A model generated the notes under the pieces. That model made no database searches. It worked only from the letters and a program-made list of their open reading frames with translations, and was not told the origin of the DNA. Positions 10,626-21,370 of a stretch of 64,000 nt of DNA are shown one piece after another. Source of the DNA: an uncultured Acidobacteriota bacterium (lineage in GTDB: Bacteria; Acidobacteriota; Blastocatellia; RBC074); NCBI GenBank assembly GCA_963796275.1, contig CAWCKY010000003.1, forward strand, positions 1,408,001-1,472,000. The letters run 5' to 3'. Position 1 is the first letter of the stretch. The number at the start of each line of letters is the position of its first letter. The position numbers and the translations under genes are program-made.

Positions 10626-12197
10626 ATGTCTTTTAAACCGACACTCACCACTCAACTATCGCAGCGTCTGGTACTGACGCCGCAGTTGCGCCAGCGGATT
10701 GAGATGTTGCAGATGACCAAGCTCGAATTGGGCGAACTGGTTACGCAACAGCTCGGTGAGAATCCCGTGCTGGAAGAGCTACCGCCTGAGGAGGTGGCGG
10801 TTTCCCCTGATCTTGCCAACGTCGACTTTCCCGAAACATCCAGTAATCTCATCAATGGCTCGGCCGAGGTCCCTGAAACCCAGTTGACGAGTGTCGAGCC
10901 CGGCTCCACTTATGAACAGAATATGGGGGAGTTTACGCAGGTTCCGGGTGAAGGGACTCGCGAGAGCGAAACCGTCGAGTCTCGTGAACCCGAGATCGGC
11001 GAACGCGATTCCTTCGAGGAGATCGATTTCGGCAGTACCTTTGAAGAATATCTCGATCCCGGCTATAGGACGCGCGAGACGGAGGTCAAGGACACACCTT
11101 CATTCGAGCAATTTCTCTCATCCGAGCAAAGCCTGGCCGATTATCTCAACTGGCAATTACAGTTGACGGTGACAACTCCCGAAGTCTTTGACGCAGCGGA
11201 GGCGATCATCGGAAGCATGAACGATGATGGGTTCCTCGACGAGCCGCTCGAAGAGATCGCTGCCATCGGTCCCTGGCCGATGGAGACGGTTGAGAAGGCG
11301 CTGAAGATCGTGCAGCAGTTCGACCCGGCGGGCATCGGGGGGCGCGATCTGCAGGAATGTCTGTTATTGCAATTGATACATCACGGTTATGGCGACAGGC
11401 TGGCCGCCCGGATCATCCGCGATTATCCAGTCTCGAAGCTGCAAAACCATAAATTGCCGGAACTGGCTAAAGAGCTGGGGGTTAGCGTCGAGCAGCTGGC
11501 TCAGGAGTTGAAATTGATCCGCCAGCTCGAGCCTCATCCCGGCCGCAAGTTTGCGCCGCGGGATGCGCAGTATATCGAACCCGAGGTTTACATCGAGAAG
11601 ATCGAAGATGAGTATGTCATCCGATTCAATGACGATGGGCTACCGCAACTGCGCATCAACAAGCAGTATCGCCAGATGATGGAGAATAAAGAGACGTCGA
11701 AAGAGACGCGCGATTACATCAAGGACAAGTTCCGCTCGGCCGTAGACCTGCTCAAAAACATCGAGCATCGCAAGCAGACGATATACAAAGTATGTGAACG
11801 GATTGTGGAGCGCCAGCGCGATTTCCTCGACAAAGGAGTTGAATTTCTCAAGCCGATGATGCTTAAAGACATCTCGGAAGACATCGGCATGCACCTTTCG
11901 ACTGTCTCGCGCGTAGTCAACGGCAAGTATGCGCACACGCCTCAAGGCGTGATCGAGTTGCGGCGCTTTTTCACCGAGGGGATGGTCAATGATGATGGCG
12001 AGGAGGTATCGACCCGCATCATCAAGCTCAAGATAAAAAAGATGATAGAAGCCGAAGACCCGCGCGAACCGTTGACCGACGACCTGATCGCCGCGCGTCT
12101 GGCTCAGGAAGGGCAAAAGCTTTCTCGGCGCACCGTCGCCAAGTACCGCGACCAGATGAAGATTCCCGGATCGCGCGAACGGCGTCAGGTAGTTTGA
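10626..12197 (+). CDS. rpoN: RNA polymerase sigma-54 factor
   Basis: [17 protein letters not shown] region [17 protein letters not shown], RpoN box SRRTVAKYR. Confidence 0.98.
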   Translation: MSFKPTLTTQLSQRLVLTPQLRQRIEMLQMTKLELGELVTQQLGENPVLEELPPEEVAVSPDLANVDFPETSSNLINGSAEVPETQLTSVEPGSTYEQNMGEFTQVPGEGTRESETVESREPEIGERDSFEEIDFGSTFEEYLDPGYRTRETEVKDTPSFEQFLSSEQSLADYLNWQLQLTVTTPEVFDAAEAIIGSMNDDGFLDEPLEEIAAIGPWPMETVEKALKIVQQFDPAGIGGRDLQECLLLQLIHHGYGDRLAARIIRDYPVSKLQNHKLPELAKELGVSVEQLAQELKLIRQLEPHPGRKFAPRDAQYIEPEVYIEKIEDEYVIRFNDDGLPQLRINKQYRQMMENKETSKETRDYIKDKFRSAVDLLKNIEHRKQTIYKVCERIVERQRDFLDKGVEFLKPMMLKDISEDIGMHLSTVSRVVNGKYAHTPQGVIELRRFFTEGMVNDDGEEVSTRIIKLKIKKMIEAEDPREPLTDDLIAARLAQEGQKLSRRTVAKYRDQMKIPGSRERRQVV

Positions 12198-12519
12198 TTT
12201 AAGGATTAAGGATGTTGATTGCGGTTGGCGGATTTTGAAGTTGTCGGGGCTACAGAAAAATCCGCGGACCGAAGTTGTCAGCGCGACATTGGGCGAAGAC
12301 GCAACCGCGGATTTTCACTGATGAGACGGATCATCCCGAAGTGCAAACCGTGATTGCTCCGGTTCCATCTCGTATCTGATTAATTCAGAACCACGCAACA
12401 CTTTATTATGCGTTGCTTCCCACCCCACCTCATCGCTCAACCATTCATAGGGTCTGCCCGTCTGTCAGCCCCGCATGATGGGCAAAATGTTCAACGTTCT
12501 AACGATAAGGAGCCTCGGG

Positions 12520-13053
12520 ATGAAAATAGAATTCACAGGACGGAACTTCAACATTTCTCCAGCCATCAAAAAGCATGTGACAGAACATTTCAAGAAGATC
12601 GTGACGGTGCTCAACGGTGCGTCCAGGGCGCATGTAATATTGAGCATCGAAAAGCATCATCGCCACGTGGCGGAAATAGTAGTGAACTGGAATGAGCATG
12701 CGCTGACGAGCAAAGCTGATTCTAACGATATGTATGCATCAGCCTTACAGGCGATCGACAAACTGCGCCGGCAGGCGGTCAAGGTCAAAGGCAAGATAAT
12801 CGATCGGAAACATCATGCGCCATCCGCCAGCGCTGTCGCACCGAGCCCGATCCCGCCGGTTCAACCCGCCGCCCCTGACCCTCGGATTATCCGTTCAAGT
12901 CGATACTCCGTGAAACCCATGACGCCGGAAGAGGCGATACTTCAGGTCGAAGAGGCCTCGGAGCAGTTCCTCGTCTTCCGCGACGCCGAAACCGAGCGCG
13001 TCGGTGTCATCTACAAACGGAAAGACGGCAATTACGGTTTAATTGAACCTTAG
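12520..13053 (+). CDS. hpf: Ribosome hibernation promoting factor (long HPF/RaiA)
   Basis: MKIEFTGRN...[16 protein letters not shown]...[11 protein letters not shown]...FLVFRD...[22 protein letters not shown] upstream. Confidence 0.95.
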   Translation: MKIEFTGRNFNISPAIKKHVTEHFKKIVTVLNGASRAHVILSIEKHHRHVAEIVVNWNEHALTSKADSNDMYASALQAIDKLRRQAVKVKGKIIDRKHHAPSASAVAPSPIPPVQPAAPDPRIIRSSRYSVKPMTPEEAILQVEEASEQFLVFRDAETERVGVIYKRKDGNYGLIEP

Positions 13054-13057
13054 GTAT

Positions 13058-13918
13058 ATGGTTCCACAACTCATCATCATAACGGGTCTCAGCGGATCCG
13101 GAATGTCTTCAGCGATGAATGTCTTTGAAGACATGGGTTATTTCTGCGTTGATAATCTGCCGGTGCAACTGATCAATAGTTTCGTGCACCTCTTCGAAAT
13201 GAAGGAGTCGGGGATTACGCGCGCGGCGCTCAGCGTCAACGTTCGGGAAGGGGATTTTCTCAATACTTTTCCGCAGGTTTATACGCAGCTCCGCGAGCGC
13301 TCCGATCTGGAGACGACTGTCATATTTATGGAGGGGCGGGACGCGGTTTTGCACCGCCGCTACAGCGAGACGCGGCGGCCTCATCCGCTGGGCGAGGGGA
13401 GCGTTCTTGAAGCGATCACTGAGGAGCGTAAAATGCTGGAGCCGATCAGAGCTCTGGTCGATGTGGTGATCGATACATCCGATCACACAGTTCATACGCT
13501 GCGCTCCTGGCTCAAAAATCGTTTCGCGCCCGAGAGCGCGGAGACGAAAACTGAAATCAGCGTGGTGAGTTTCGGCTTCAAATTCGGGGTGCCGCTCGAC
13601 GTGGATCTGCTGTTCGATGTTCGCTTCCTTCCGAATCCGCACTTCGTGCCGGAATTGAAAGGTTATACCGGAAACGATCAGCAAGTCGTCGAATATCTGA
13701 ATAAGAGCCCTGAGGTCGACGAGACGATCGGCCGCTTCAACGATCTGCTCGATTACCTCATGCCTCTTTATCAGCGCGAAGGTAAAAGTTATGTCACCGT
13801 CGGCGTCGGTTGTACGGGCGGTAAGCATCGCTCAGTCGCTGTAGCCAATGCCCTCGGCAAACATCTCAATCGCGAGGGCTATCACGCCCGCGTGATTCAT
13901 CGGGATGTGAAGAAATAA
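13058..13918 (+). CDS. rapZ: RNase adapter RapZ (YhbJ/YvcJ family)
   Basis: GYFCVDNLP, RRYSETRRPHPL, SFGFKFG, DVRFLPNP, GCTGGKHRSV. Confidence 0.95.
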   Translation: MVPQLIIITGLSGSGMSSAMNVFEDMGYFCVDNLPVQLINSFVHLFEMKESGITRAALSVNVREGDFLNTFPQVYTQLRERSDLETTVIFMEGRDAVLHRRYSETRRPHPLGEGSVLEAITEERKMLEPIRALVDVVIDTSDHTVHTLRSWLKNRFAPESAETKTEISVVSFGFKFGVPLDVDLLFDVRFLPNPHFVPELKGYTGNDQQVVEYLNKSPEVDETIGRFNDLLDYLMPLYQREGKSYVTVGVGCTGGKHRSVAVANALGKHLNREGYHARVIHRDVKK

Positions 13919-14004
13919 GTTTTCAGTTTTTAGTTTTCAGTTCGCTTGAACCTTGATGCCACAGCTCAAGCGAACGGAAAACTGAAAACTGAAAACTGAA
14001 AACT
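13918..14004. repeat. Inverted heptamer array around a hairpin core
   Basis: (AGTTTTC)~3-AGTTCGCTTGA...TCAAGCGAAC-(GAAAACT)4. Confidence 0.85.
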
Positions 14005-14014
14005 TTGAGGTTTT

Positions 14015-14431
14015 ATGCCATTAGTAGGAGGCGTAGTAGTCACGCATGGGAATCTTGCGGCTGAGCTGTTAAGTGCCGCCGAAACGATAATCAACGAGGA
14101 CATTCGTCATATCACTGCTGTAACGATTGGTTGGCACGACAATATCGATGTGGCGCGCGAACAGATCAGCAAGGCTATTGAGCGCGTCGAGCAGGGAGCC
14201 GGAGTGCTTGTCTTGACCGATATGTTTGGCGGAACGCCGACGAACATCGCATGTACTTTTTTAGGTAATACACCGATAGAGGTAGTAACCGGAGTCAACC
14301 TGCCAATGATCATCAAACTCGCCGACCAACAGCCGGAAGAGCCGTTGCCGGTGATCGCGCGCCGCGTTCGCGATCAGGGGCAAAAGAACATCTATCTGGC
14401 GAGCGAAGTGCTATCACCGGGAAAGCAGTGA
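14015..14431 (+). CDS. PTS EIIA component, mannose/fructose type
   Basis: VVVTHG phospho-His motif, LTDMFGGTPTN, VTGVNLPM. Confidence 0.93.
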   Translation: MPLVGGVVVTHGNLAAELLSAAETIINEDIRHITAVTIGWHDNIDVAREQISKAIERVEQGAGVLVLTDMFGGTPTNIACTFLGNTPIEVVTGVNLPMIIKLADQQPEEPLPVIARRVRDQGQKNIYLASEVLSPGKQ

Positions 14432-14446
14432 AACCACAAGAGAAGG

Positions 14447-14722
14447 ATGCAGCAGCGGAGATTGGTAATCAGTAACAGACTGGGAATGCACGCGCGCGCG
14501 GCCGCGCGTCTGGTCCGGCTTGCTAACAGGTTTCGCAGCGACATTCAGCTGGCTCGCTCTGACGCGCTTCATAGAACGATGAATGCGAAGAGTATCTTCT
14601 CGGTATTGCTGCTGGCCGCAACACAGGGGACGACGATCGATATCATCGTCGATGGCCCGGATGAGATCGAGGCGATGGAATCATTATGTCGGTTGATTGA
14701 AGAGCGGTTCGGAGAGGGGTGA
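14447..14722 (+). CDS. ptsH: HPr phosphocarrier protein
   Basis: NRLGMHARAAA (His15) and AKSI (Ser46). Confidence 0.93.
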   Translation: MQQRRLVISNRLGMHARAAARLVRLANRFRSDIQLARSDALHRTMNAKSIFSVLLLAATQGTTIDIIVDGPDEIEAMESLCRLIEERFGEG

Positions 14723-16566
14723 TAGGAAAAAATAGATCATACAGGGCAAAGCGAAAAATGCGCACCCCGGCGAGAAAAATACAAGAAGAGAGACTGGAAG
14801 GTATCGGCGCCTGTCAGGGCGTAGCGATCGGCCCCGCATTTCTGGTCGACGATCCGCGCGGGCGGATAGTACGCGTCTTTTTGCCTTCCGAACAAATCGA
14901 GGGCGAGGTCGCTCGTTTCAGAGATGCCGTCCGAATTGCGCAGCAGCAGATTCAGGAAGCGACCGAGCGGCTGCGCGCAGCTATGGGTCCGGAACGCGCA
15001 TACATCCTCGAAGCGCATCTGCTGATGCTGCAAGACCGCAGCATCGGGGAGCAGGTCGAAAATTTCATTAGAGAAAATCAGGCTAACGCTGAATGGGCCG
15101 TTCGCGATGTGACGGTTCAACTTCTCAGAGTCTACGCGCAGATCACCGACGACTACCTGCGAGAACGCGGGAGCGACATTGCCGATGTCTCACATCGGCT
15201 TATCAAAATTCTTTCGGGAACTAAGACGCGCGATCTCAATGAACTGGCGGAGGGAGCGATCATCGTAGCCGATGATCTTTTGCCGTCTGTGGCGGCCGAC
15301 CTCGATCCCCGGCGCGTAATCGGTTTTGTCACCAACGTCGGGGGATGGACATCGCATACATCTATCATCGCCCGCAGCTTGAACATCCCGGCCGTGGTCG
15401 GGGCTCGTCATATCAGTTCGCGGGTGCGGTCTGGTGAATCGATCATCATCGACGGCGCCACCGGGACAGTCATCCTCAATCCATCTCCCGAAACCTACCG
15501 TTTTTATACCGAGCAGCGCGAGCGCCAGCAGCAACAACAGCTTCACGATATCGAAGAACGCGAACTGCCGGCGGTGACCCATGACGGTCATGAAGTGACG
15601 CTGCGCGCCAACATCGAATTGATAGAAGAGATCGACGTCCTCCAACGATTCAATGCCGCGGGAATCGGACTTTACCGCTCGGAATTCCTTTATTCGCAGG
15701 CCGCGGTGGGATTGCCGACCGAGCAGGAGCAATACGAAGCATACAAATTTCTGGCCGAAATGAGCGGTAAGGATGGCGCCGTCATCCGGACATTCGATCT
15801 CGGCGGCGACAAGTTAAATTTGGAGGGTTACAAACCTGAGCGTAATCCGGCCCTCGGGTTGCGAGCGATTCGCCTCTCGCTTAGCGTCCAGGATGTTTTT
15901 CGCACGCAGATTCGCGCGATCCTGCGAGCCGCCAAACACTCCGATGGAAGCGTGCGCTTGAGGATACTGCTCCCGCTTATTACAAATCTTGACGAGGTCC
16001 GCGAGGCGAAATTGATAATAGCGGACGCGGAAAAAGAATTGCAGAATGAGGGCGTGCCTCACGCGGAAGATATTGAGATCGGAGTCATGGTTGAAGTGCC
16101 GGCGGCGGTGATCATGGCCCAGGCACTGGCGCGCGAGGCTGATTTCTTCAGTTTGGGAACTAACGATCTGACTCAGAGTCTGCTCGCCGTCGATCGCGGA
16201 AACGAGAATGTCAGCGCTCTTTTCGATCCTATGCATCCGGCGGTCCTGCGGGCGATCAAATACGTCGCGGATGCGGCCGGACGGATGCAGATACCAATCA
16301 ATGTTTGCGGAGAGATGGCATCGAATCCTGCCCAGGTGATTTTGCTGCTCGGGTTGGGATTAACGGACCTCAGTATGACTCCGAGCGCGATTCCGGCGAT
16401 CAGGCGTCTGGTGAGGTCGATTAAACTCGATACCGCTCAAAACATCGCCTCACATGCGCTGGCCCTGACCACTCCGGCTGAAGTCCATCGCTATGTCCAG
16501 ACCCATCTTTCCGATCTGGGCGCTCAGTTTTTAGCTTCTACACCTTTCCCGCAGTTTATTATTTGA
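14719..16566 (+). CDS. ptsI: PEP-protein phosphotransferase, enzyme I
   Basis: TSHTSIIARS phospho-His, GIGLYRSEF, RTFDLGGDK, NPALGLRAIR, GTNDLTQ, CGEMA. No GAF domain. The start may be ATG 14758. Confidence 0.95.
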   Translation: MIGKNRSYRAKRKMRTPARKIQEERLEGIGACQGVAIGPAFLVDDPRGRIVRVFLPSEQIEGEVARFRDAVRIAQQQIQEATERLRAAMGPERAYILEAHLLMLQDRSIGEQVENFIRENQANAEWAVRDVTVQLLRVYAQITDDYLRERGSDIADVSHRLIKILSGTKTRDLNELAEGAIIVADDLLPSVAADLDPRRVIGFVTNVGGWTSHTSIIARSLNIPAVVGARHISSRVRSGESIIIDGATGTVILNPSPETYRFYTEQRERQQQQQLHDIEERELPAVTHDGHEVTLRANIELIEEIDVLQRFNAAGIGLYRSEFLYSQAAVGLPTEQEQYEAYKFLAEMSGKDGAVIRTFDLGGDKLNLEGYKPERNPALGLRAIRLSLSVQDVFRTQIRAILRAAKHSDGSVRLRILLPLITNLDEVREAKLIIADAEKELQNEGVPHAEDIEIGVMVEVPAAVIMAQALAREADFFSLGTNDLTQSLLAVDRGNENVSALFDPMHPAVLRAIKYVADAAGRMQIPINVCGEMASNPAQVILLLGLGLTDLSMTPSAIPAIRRLVRSIKLDTAQNIASHALALTTPAEVHRYVQTHLSDLGAQFLASTPFPQFII

Positions 16567-16598
16567 AAAGAGGCCCGAACCCGGATTTCGGGATTACT

Positions 16599-18152
16599 TC
16601 AGCTGATCAGCTTAATCCCCTTTATCGGTTGGTTGATCTGTTGTGCCGAATGCACGCGCCATCTTTCGTCATCACGGACTGGGAAATCGGCGCGATAATG
16701 GCCGCCGCGGCTCTCCTCACGCCACAGTGCGGCATGAGTTATCAGCATCGCCAGTGTGGCAAAATTGCGTGTGCGCGTGTTCACGGCCTGGTTCGCGAGA
16801 GATGTAAGTTCAGCGAGAGCATTCTTCAGCTCTGCCTCTTCGCGGCCCAACCCAACCCATTGCCACATCAATTCCTGAACGCGATAGCGGATCTGCGGAT
16901 CGAACATCCAATCGGCAGGCGAGATTTCTACGGGCTCTGGGTCTTTTAAAGATCGCAGCGAGAGATCGCGCGTCTCTTTCAGCGCTGCCGCGCCGGCGCG
17001 CGCGCCGAAGACCAGACCTTCGAGCAATGAATTGCTCGCCAACCGGTTCGCGCCATGGACGCCGGTACAGGCCACTTCACCTGCGGCGTAAAGCCCGGCC
17101 GTCGTCGTCCTTCCTTCGGTGTCTGTTCGTACGCCGCCCATAATGTAATGGGCCGCCGGGCTCACTGGAATCTGATCCTTGGTGATATCCAGGCCGTAGC
17201 GCAGGCATGTCAGATGAATTTTGGGAAAACGTTCGCGTAAAAATTTCGCGTCGAGATGCGTGAGATCGAGATAGACCGATTGGCGAACGGTACGCCGCAT
17301 CTCCGCGGCGATCGAACGTGAGACGATATCGCGCGGCGCCAGCTCTTCACGCTCGTCATACTGCTTCATAAACGCTTCGCCCGCATCGTTGCGCAGGCGC
17401 CCGCCTTCGCCGCGCAGGGCTTCGGTCAGGAGAAATCGCGGTGCGCCGGGAGCCGCCAGCACCGTCGGATGAAACTGAACGAATTCGAGGTCGCAAACCA
17501 TCGCGCCCGCGGCATAGGCCATAGCGATGCCGTCGCCGGTCGCTATCTCCGGGTTCGTGGTCTGAGCGTAAATCTGTCCGGCGCCGCCGGCCGCCAGGAC
17601 GACGGCTTTCGCCCGCATCTCCCTGAGCAGGCTTTCATTCGGGTCGAGATATGCGACGCCCGCGAGGCGTTGATCCTCGACCAGCAACCCGAGAGTCGCC
17701 GCGTGTGCGAGAAAAGTGATGTTAGGATCTTGTTTTGCGCGAACGAGCAGCGCGCGCACGATCTCACGCCCGGTAGAATCGCCATGAGCGTGTAGAATGC
17801 GACGTCGCGAGTGGGCTGCTTCACGCGTGAATGAAAGCTCGCCGCCTTCACGATCGAACTCAGCCCCCCAATCAATCAATTCTTTGATGTAGCGCGGCCC
17901 CTCTTCGACCAGAACGTGGACCGCCCCCTCATCGCATAATCCCGCGCCGGCATTTAGCGTGTCCTCGACGTGTAGCGCGATCTCGTCGTCGTCCGACAAT
18001 GCGACCGCCACTCCACCCTGCGCATATTCGGTGTTCGACTCGTCGATCCGGTCTTTTGTCAGTACGATTACGCGACCGCCGCGCGACAGTTCCAGAGCGG
18101 CGCGCAGGCCGGCAACGCCGCTTCCGATCACGATGAAATCAGTTTTACTCAT
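16599..18152 (-). CDS. nadB: L-aspartate oxidase
   Basis: GSGVAGL, YAQGGVA, REAAHSRRRILHA, QFHPT, HYIMGG, HGANRLASNSLLE, ESRGGHYR. Confidence 0.96.
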   Translation of the reverse strand: MSKTDFIVIGSGVAGLRAALELSRGGRVIVLTKDRIDESNTEYAQGGVAVALSDDDEIALHVEDTLNAGAGLCDEGAVHVLVEEGPRYIKELIDWGAEFDREGGELSFTREAAHSRRRILHAHGDSTGREIVRALLVRAKQDPNITFLAHAATLGLLVEDQRLAGVAYLDPNESLLREMRAKAVVLAAGGAGQIYAQTTNPEIATGDGIAMAYAAGAMVCDLEFVQFHPTVLAAPGAPRFLLTEALRGEGGRLRNDAGEAFMKQYDEREELAPRDIVSRSIAAEMRRTVRQSVYLDLTHLDAKFLRERFPKIHLTCLRYGLDITKDQIPVSPAAHYIMGGVRTDTEGRTTTAGLYAAGEVACTGVHGANRLASNSLLEGLVFGARAGAAALKETRDLSLRSLKDPEPVEISPADWMFDPQIRYRVQELMWQWVGLGREEAELKNALAELTSLANQAVNTRTRNFATLAMLITHAALWREESRGGHYRADFPVRDDERWRVHSAQQINQPIKGIKLIS

Positions 18153-18257
18153 ATGGTTAATTGAACGAGAAAATTCACCAAAAAAGATGCAGAAAGTACA
18201 AAGACGACTCTTCCATCATCGCGTTCATAGTTTTTTTGTGGAGAATCACAGCTCTCT

Positions 18258-19304
18258 TCATGCTTGAGCCCGCTGGCGCGCCGCCAGTTGCCCGCAGGCC
18301 GCAGAGATATCCAACCCGCGCGGACGGCGAATATAAGCTGGAACATCTTTACCTGCGAGAATCGTCTGAAAACTCAAGATCCGTTCCATGGGAGAGGCAG
18401 CGAAAGGTAGTTCCGGCGCGGGGTTATGTGGAATCAGATTTACCTTGGCGCGAATACCGGCGAGCAGTTTTACCAATCGCCGCGCGTCCTGATCCGAATC
18501 GTTGATGCGGTCGAGCATTACATATTCGAATGTCAATCTCTCACGATCGCCCAGCGGATAATCGCGGCAAGCCGTCATCAGTTCGGCGAGACTGTACTTT
18601 CTGGTGATCGGCATCAAATTTGTTCGCTGCTCTTCCGTCGTCGCTGAAAGCGAGATCGCGAGATGGGGGCGAACCGGCTCACCAGCGAATTGGTAAATTC
18701 GCGGTATTATTCCTGAAGTGGAGACAGTCATCCTTTTGGCACTGATGTCGAGCCCTCTGTCATCAGCCATTATCCGGATCGATTTCAGCACTTCATCGTA
18801 ATTCAGGAAACTTTCACCCATTCCCATAAAGACGAGGTTCGTTCCATGCGGAGGCTTGGTCCCGGCGCCATAAACTTCGTTCAGCACGATGATGACCTGC
18901 GATATGATCTCGCCCGCCGTCATATTTCGTTTGATGCCGAGTTGCGCCGTCATACAGAAAGTACAACCGACGGCACAGCCTACCTGACAACTGAGGCAGA
19001 TGGTGTCTCGACGTTCTTCGGGCATGAAAACGGCTTCAGCCTCAGACCCGTCGCCGAGTTTTAGCAGGTATCGCCGTGTCCCATCGATCGAATGGAAAAC
19101 TTCGGCGATCCGGGTTTCGGTCACGCCCACAGATCCACCTAATTTTTCGCGGAGGGTGAGACCGAGCTCGGTGATTTGGGACAGGTCGGCGATGCGGCGC
19201 GCATAGATCGCATTAAAGATTTGTTTACCGCGGAACGGGGCTTCGCTGGATTCCCGGGCCAACTCGATCAATTCATTTTCAGTTTTGCCCAATAAGAGCC
19301 TCAT
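18258..19304 (-). CDS. rlmN: 23S rRNA/tRNA m2A methyltransferase (radical SAM)
   Basis: SCQVGCAVGCTFC, MGMGE, RG.DISAACGQL. Confidence 0.95.
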   Translation of the reverse strand: MRLLLGKTENELIELARESSEAPFRGKQIFNAIYARRIADLSQITELGLTLREKLGGSVGVTETRIAEVFHSIDGTRRYLLKLGDGSEAEAVFMPEERRDTICLSCQVGCAVGCTFCMTAQLGIKRNMTAGEIISQVIIVLNEVYGAGTKPPHGTNLVFMGMGESFLNYDEVLKSIRIMADDRGLDISAKRMTVSTSGIIPRIYQFAGEPVRPHLAISLSATTEEQRTNLMPITRKYSLAELMTACRDYPLGDRERLTFEYVMLDRINDSDQDARRLVKLLAGIRAKVNLIPHNPAPELPFAASPMERILSFQTILAGKDVPAYIRRPRGLDISAACGQLAARQRAQA

Positions 19305-19396
19305 AAAGAGATTGAAGCAGAATCAACGCAAAGACGCAAAAGGAGGAGAAGGAGACTATGAGAAGCAGTTGATAAACATTTACAAAAGCTTACTTT

Positions 19397-19744
19397 TCAT
19401 TCATCGGCTCTGACCTTCCCTCTGGCCTGTTTACGCTCGCTCTGTTTCGTCTTCTCCTTTTGCCGTTTGAGTTTTGCGGCAACGCTGGGGTTGGTCGGGC
19501 GGCGCGGTTTCCTGACGCGCTGCAACTGCTCGAGACGTTCAGCCATTCGCTCATAAGCTGCCTCACGATTAGCCGTTTGCGAACGCCGCTCGGTTGCGGT
19601 AACGACGATTCCGGTCGGCAGGTGTTTCAACCGCACTCCTGTTTCGACTTTATTGCGATGCTGGCCGCCCGGGCCTCCGGCAACAAAAAATTCTAGTTCG
19701 CAGTCACGTTCGAGCGATTCGCGGTCCCAGGGATGCTTCGTCAT
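19397..19744 (-). CDS. arfB: Alternative ribosome rescue factor (YaeJ-like peptidyl-tRNA hydrolase)
   Basis: GGPGGQHRNK with the GGQ motif, and a basic tail RRPTNPS...KQSERKQAR; 115 aa. Confidence 0.8.
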   Translation of the reverse strand: MTKHPWDRESLERDCELEFFVAGGPGGQHRNKVETGVRLKHLPTGIVVTATERRSQTANREAAYERMAERLEQLQRVRKPRRPTNPSVAAKLKRQKEKTKQSERKQARGKVRADE

Positions 19745-19843
19745 GTGATCAATCCTCTAACGGGTACTTGCCTTATCCGGGTCTCATAAGCGAAGATGCG
19801 CTCTAACATGCAAACCCCGGAGATATGATGATAGCCTATCTTT

Positions 19844-20596
19844 ATGCCGAAAATCTTAGTAACGAATGATGATGGATATTTCTCTGAAGGAATTATCGCT
19901 CTTACCGCAGCGCTTGAACCTATAGGCGATGTCACCGTTGTAGCCCCCGCGTCAGAACAGAGTGCTACCGCACATTCATTAACGCTCACGCGACCATTGC
20001 GCGTGCGGCGGATCGCCGACCAGCACTATTCGATCGATGGCACACCGACAGATTGCGTGACGCTGGCGCTGACGAAAATTATGTCCGAACGTCCGGATAT
20101 AGTGGTCTCCGGAATCAATCACGGAGCCAATCTGGGCGACGATGTGACCTACTCCGGCACGGTTGCGGGCGCGCTTGAAGCATCAATCTTCAAAATCCCC
20201 GGGGTCGCATTCAGCCTCACTAAGCGCGACGGCGATTTCACCGAAGCGGCGAAATTCGCCGCTGACCTGACCCTTCAGGTCTTGCGAGAGGGATTGCCGG
20301 AAGGCACTATCCTCAACGTCAATATCCCGCCGGGCGAGATTCGCGGTGCAAGGCTCACACATCAGGGTATAAAGGTCGCTCACGTTCATATAGTTGAAGG
20401 CGTCGATCCGCGCGGCCGCGGCTATTATTGGATCGGGGAACAGGAAGTATCATGGCAACTGGACAGCGGGAGCGACTATGAAGCCGTGCATGAGGGATTG
20501 GTATCTATCACACCATTACGAACCGATATGACGGACTATCGGACGCTGGAATCGCTGCGAAGCAGGAATGGATTCAAGTTTGATGGGCGGACTTAA
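19844..20596 (+). CDS. surE: 5'/3'-nucleotidase SurE
   Basis: ILVTNDDG, GTPTDCV, SGINHGANLG.DV.YSGTVAGA. Confidence 0.97.
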   Translation: MPKILVTNDDGYFSEGIIALTAALEPIGDVTVVAPASEQSATAHSLTLTRPLRVRRIADQHYSIDGTPTDCVTLALTKIMSERPDIVVSGINHGANLGDDVTYSGTVAGALEASIFKIPGVAFSLTKRDGDFTEAAKFAADLTLQVLREGLPEGTILNVNIPPGEIRGARLTHQGIKVAHVHIVEGVDPRGRGYYWIGEQEVSWQLDSGSDYEAVHEGLVSITPLRTDMTDYRTLESLRSRNGFKFDGRT

Positions 20597-21260
20597 CCAT
20601 GAAAATGGCAAGGAATGGAAGGCCTACTCGCGCGAGCGCGAAGAGATGGTCGAGCGTTTGCGCAAACACTACCGTATTCGCGACGAGAGCGTCCTCGCGG
20701 CTATGTCATCGACGCCCAGGCATCTATTCGTGCCCGAAGCGCTGCGGGGGAATGCCTACGTAGATTACGCCCTGCCTATTGAACATGGTCAGACGATTTC
20801 GCAGCCTTTCATCGTCGCCCGCCAGACGGAGTTACTCGAAGCGACGAAGCAGTCGCGTATTCTCGAGATAGGCGCGGGATCGGGGTATCAGACGGCTATT
20901 CTCGCACAGGTTGCGGGGAAGGTATTCGCACTTGAAAGGATCGCCGAACTCGCTCGCAACGCCCAGAACCTCCTACGCGAACTCAAGATATTCAATGCCA
21001 TCATAAAATGTTTTGACGGCACATTCGGTTGGAGCGAATTCGCTCCGTATCATGGTATTCTGGTCGCTGCCGCGGCCCCGGATATTCCGCAGCCTCTCGT
21101 AAATCAACTCACTATTGGCGGTAACCTGGTGATCCCGGTCGGCTCTGAGAAAGAGCAGCGTCTCCTTAGAGTAAAGAAGACGACTGAAGGCACGAAGGTG
21201 GAGGATTTCGGAGGATGCCAGTTCGTCAAGCTGATAGGGAGATTCGGCTGGGAACAATGA
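20568..21260 (+). CDS. pcm: Protein-L-isoaspartate O-methyltransferase
   Basis: PRHLFVP, GQTISQP, LEIGAGSGYQ; follows surE. Confidence 0.95.
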   Translation: MDSSLMGGLNHENGKEWKAYSREREEMVERLRKHYRIRDESVLAAMSSTPRHLFVPEALRGNAYVDYALPIEHGQTISQPFIVARQTELLEATKQSRILEIGAGSGYQTAILAQVAGKVFALERIAELARNAQNLLRELKIFNAIIKCFDGTFGWSEFAPYHGILVAAAAPDIPQPLVNQLTIGGNLVIPVGSEKEQRLLRVKKTTEGTKVEDFGGCQFVKLIGRFGWEQ

Positions 21261-21370
21261 GCGATAGAAATAACGGAAAGGCCAGTAAAAATAGCGAACT
21301 GCCAGGGGTGAGTAGAGAAGTGCGAGACCAACGAAAATAAGCGAAACTACGAAAGCAGTCGCCATTGCAT

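Noticed and set aside
18258-19304. Radical SAM gene as a Cfr resistance methyltransferase
   Set aside because: It sits in a housekeeping context with RlmN-like motifs; the MGMGES variant alone is not diagnostic.
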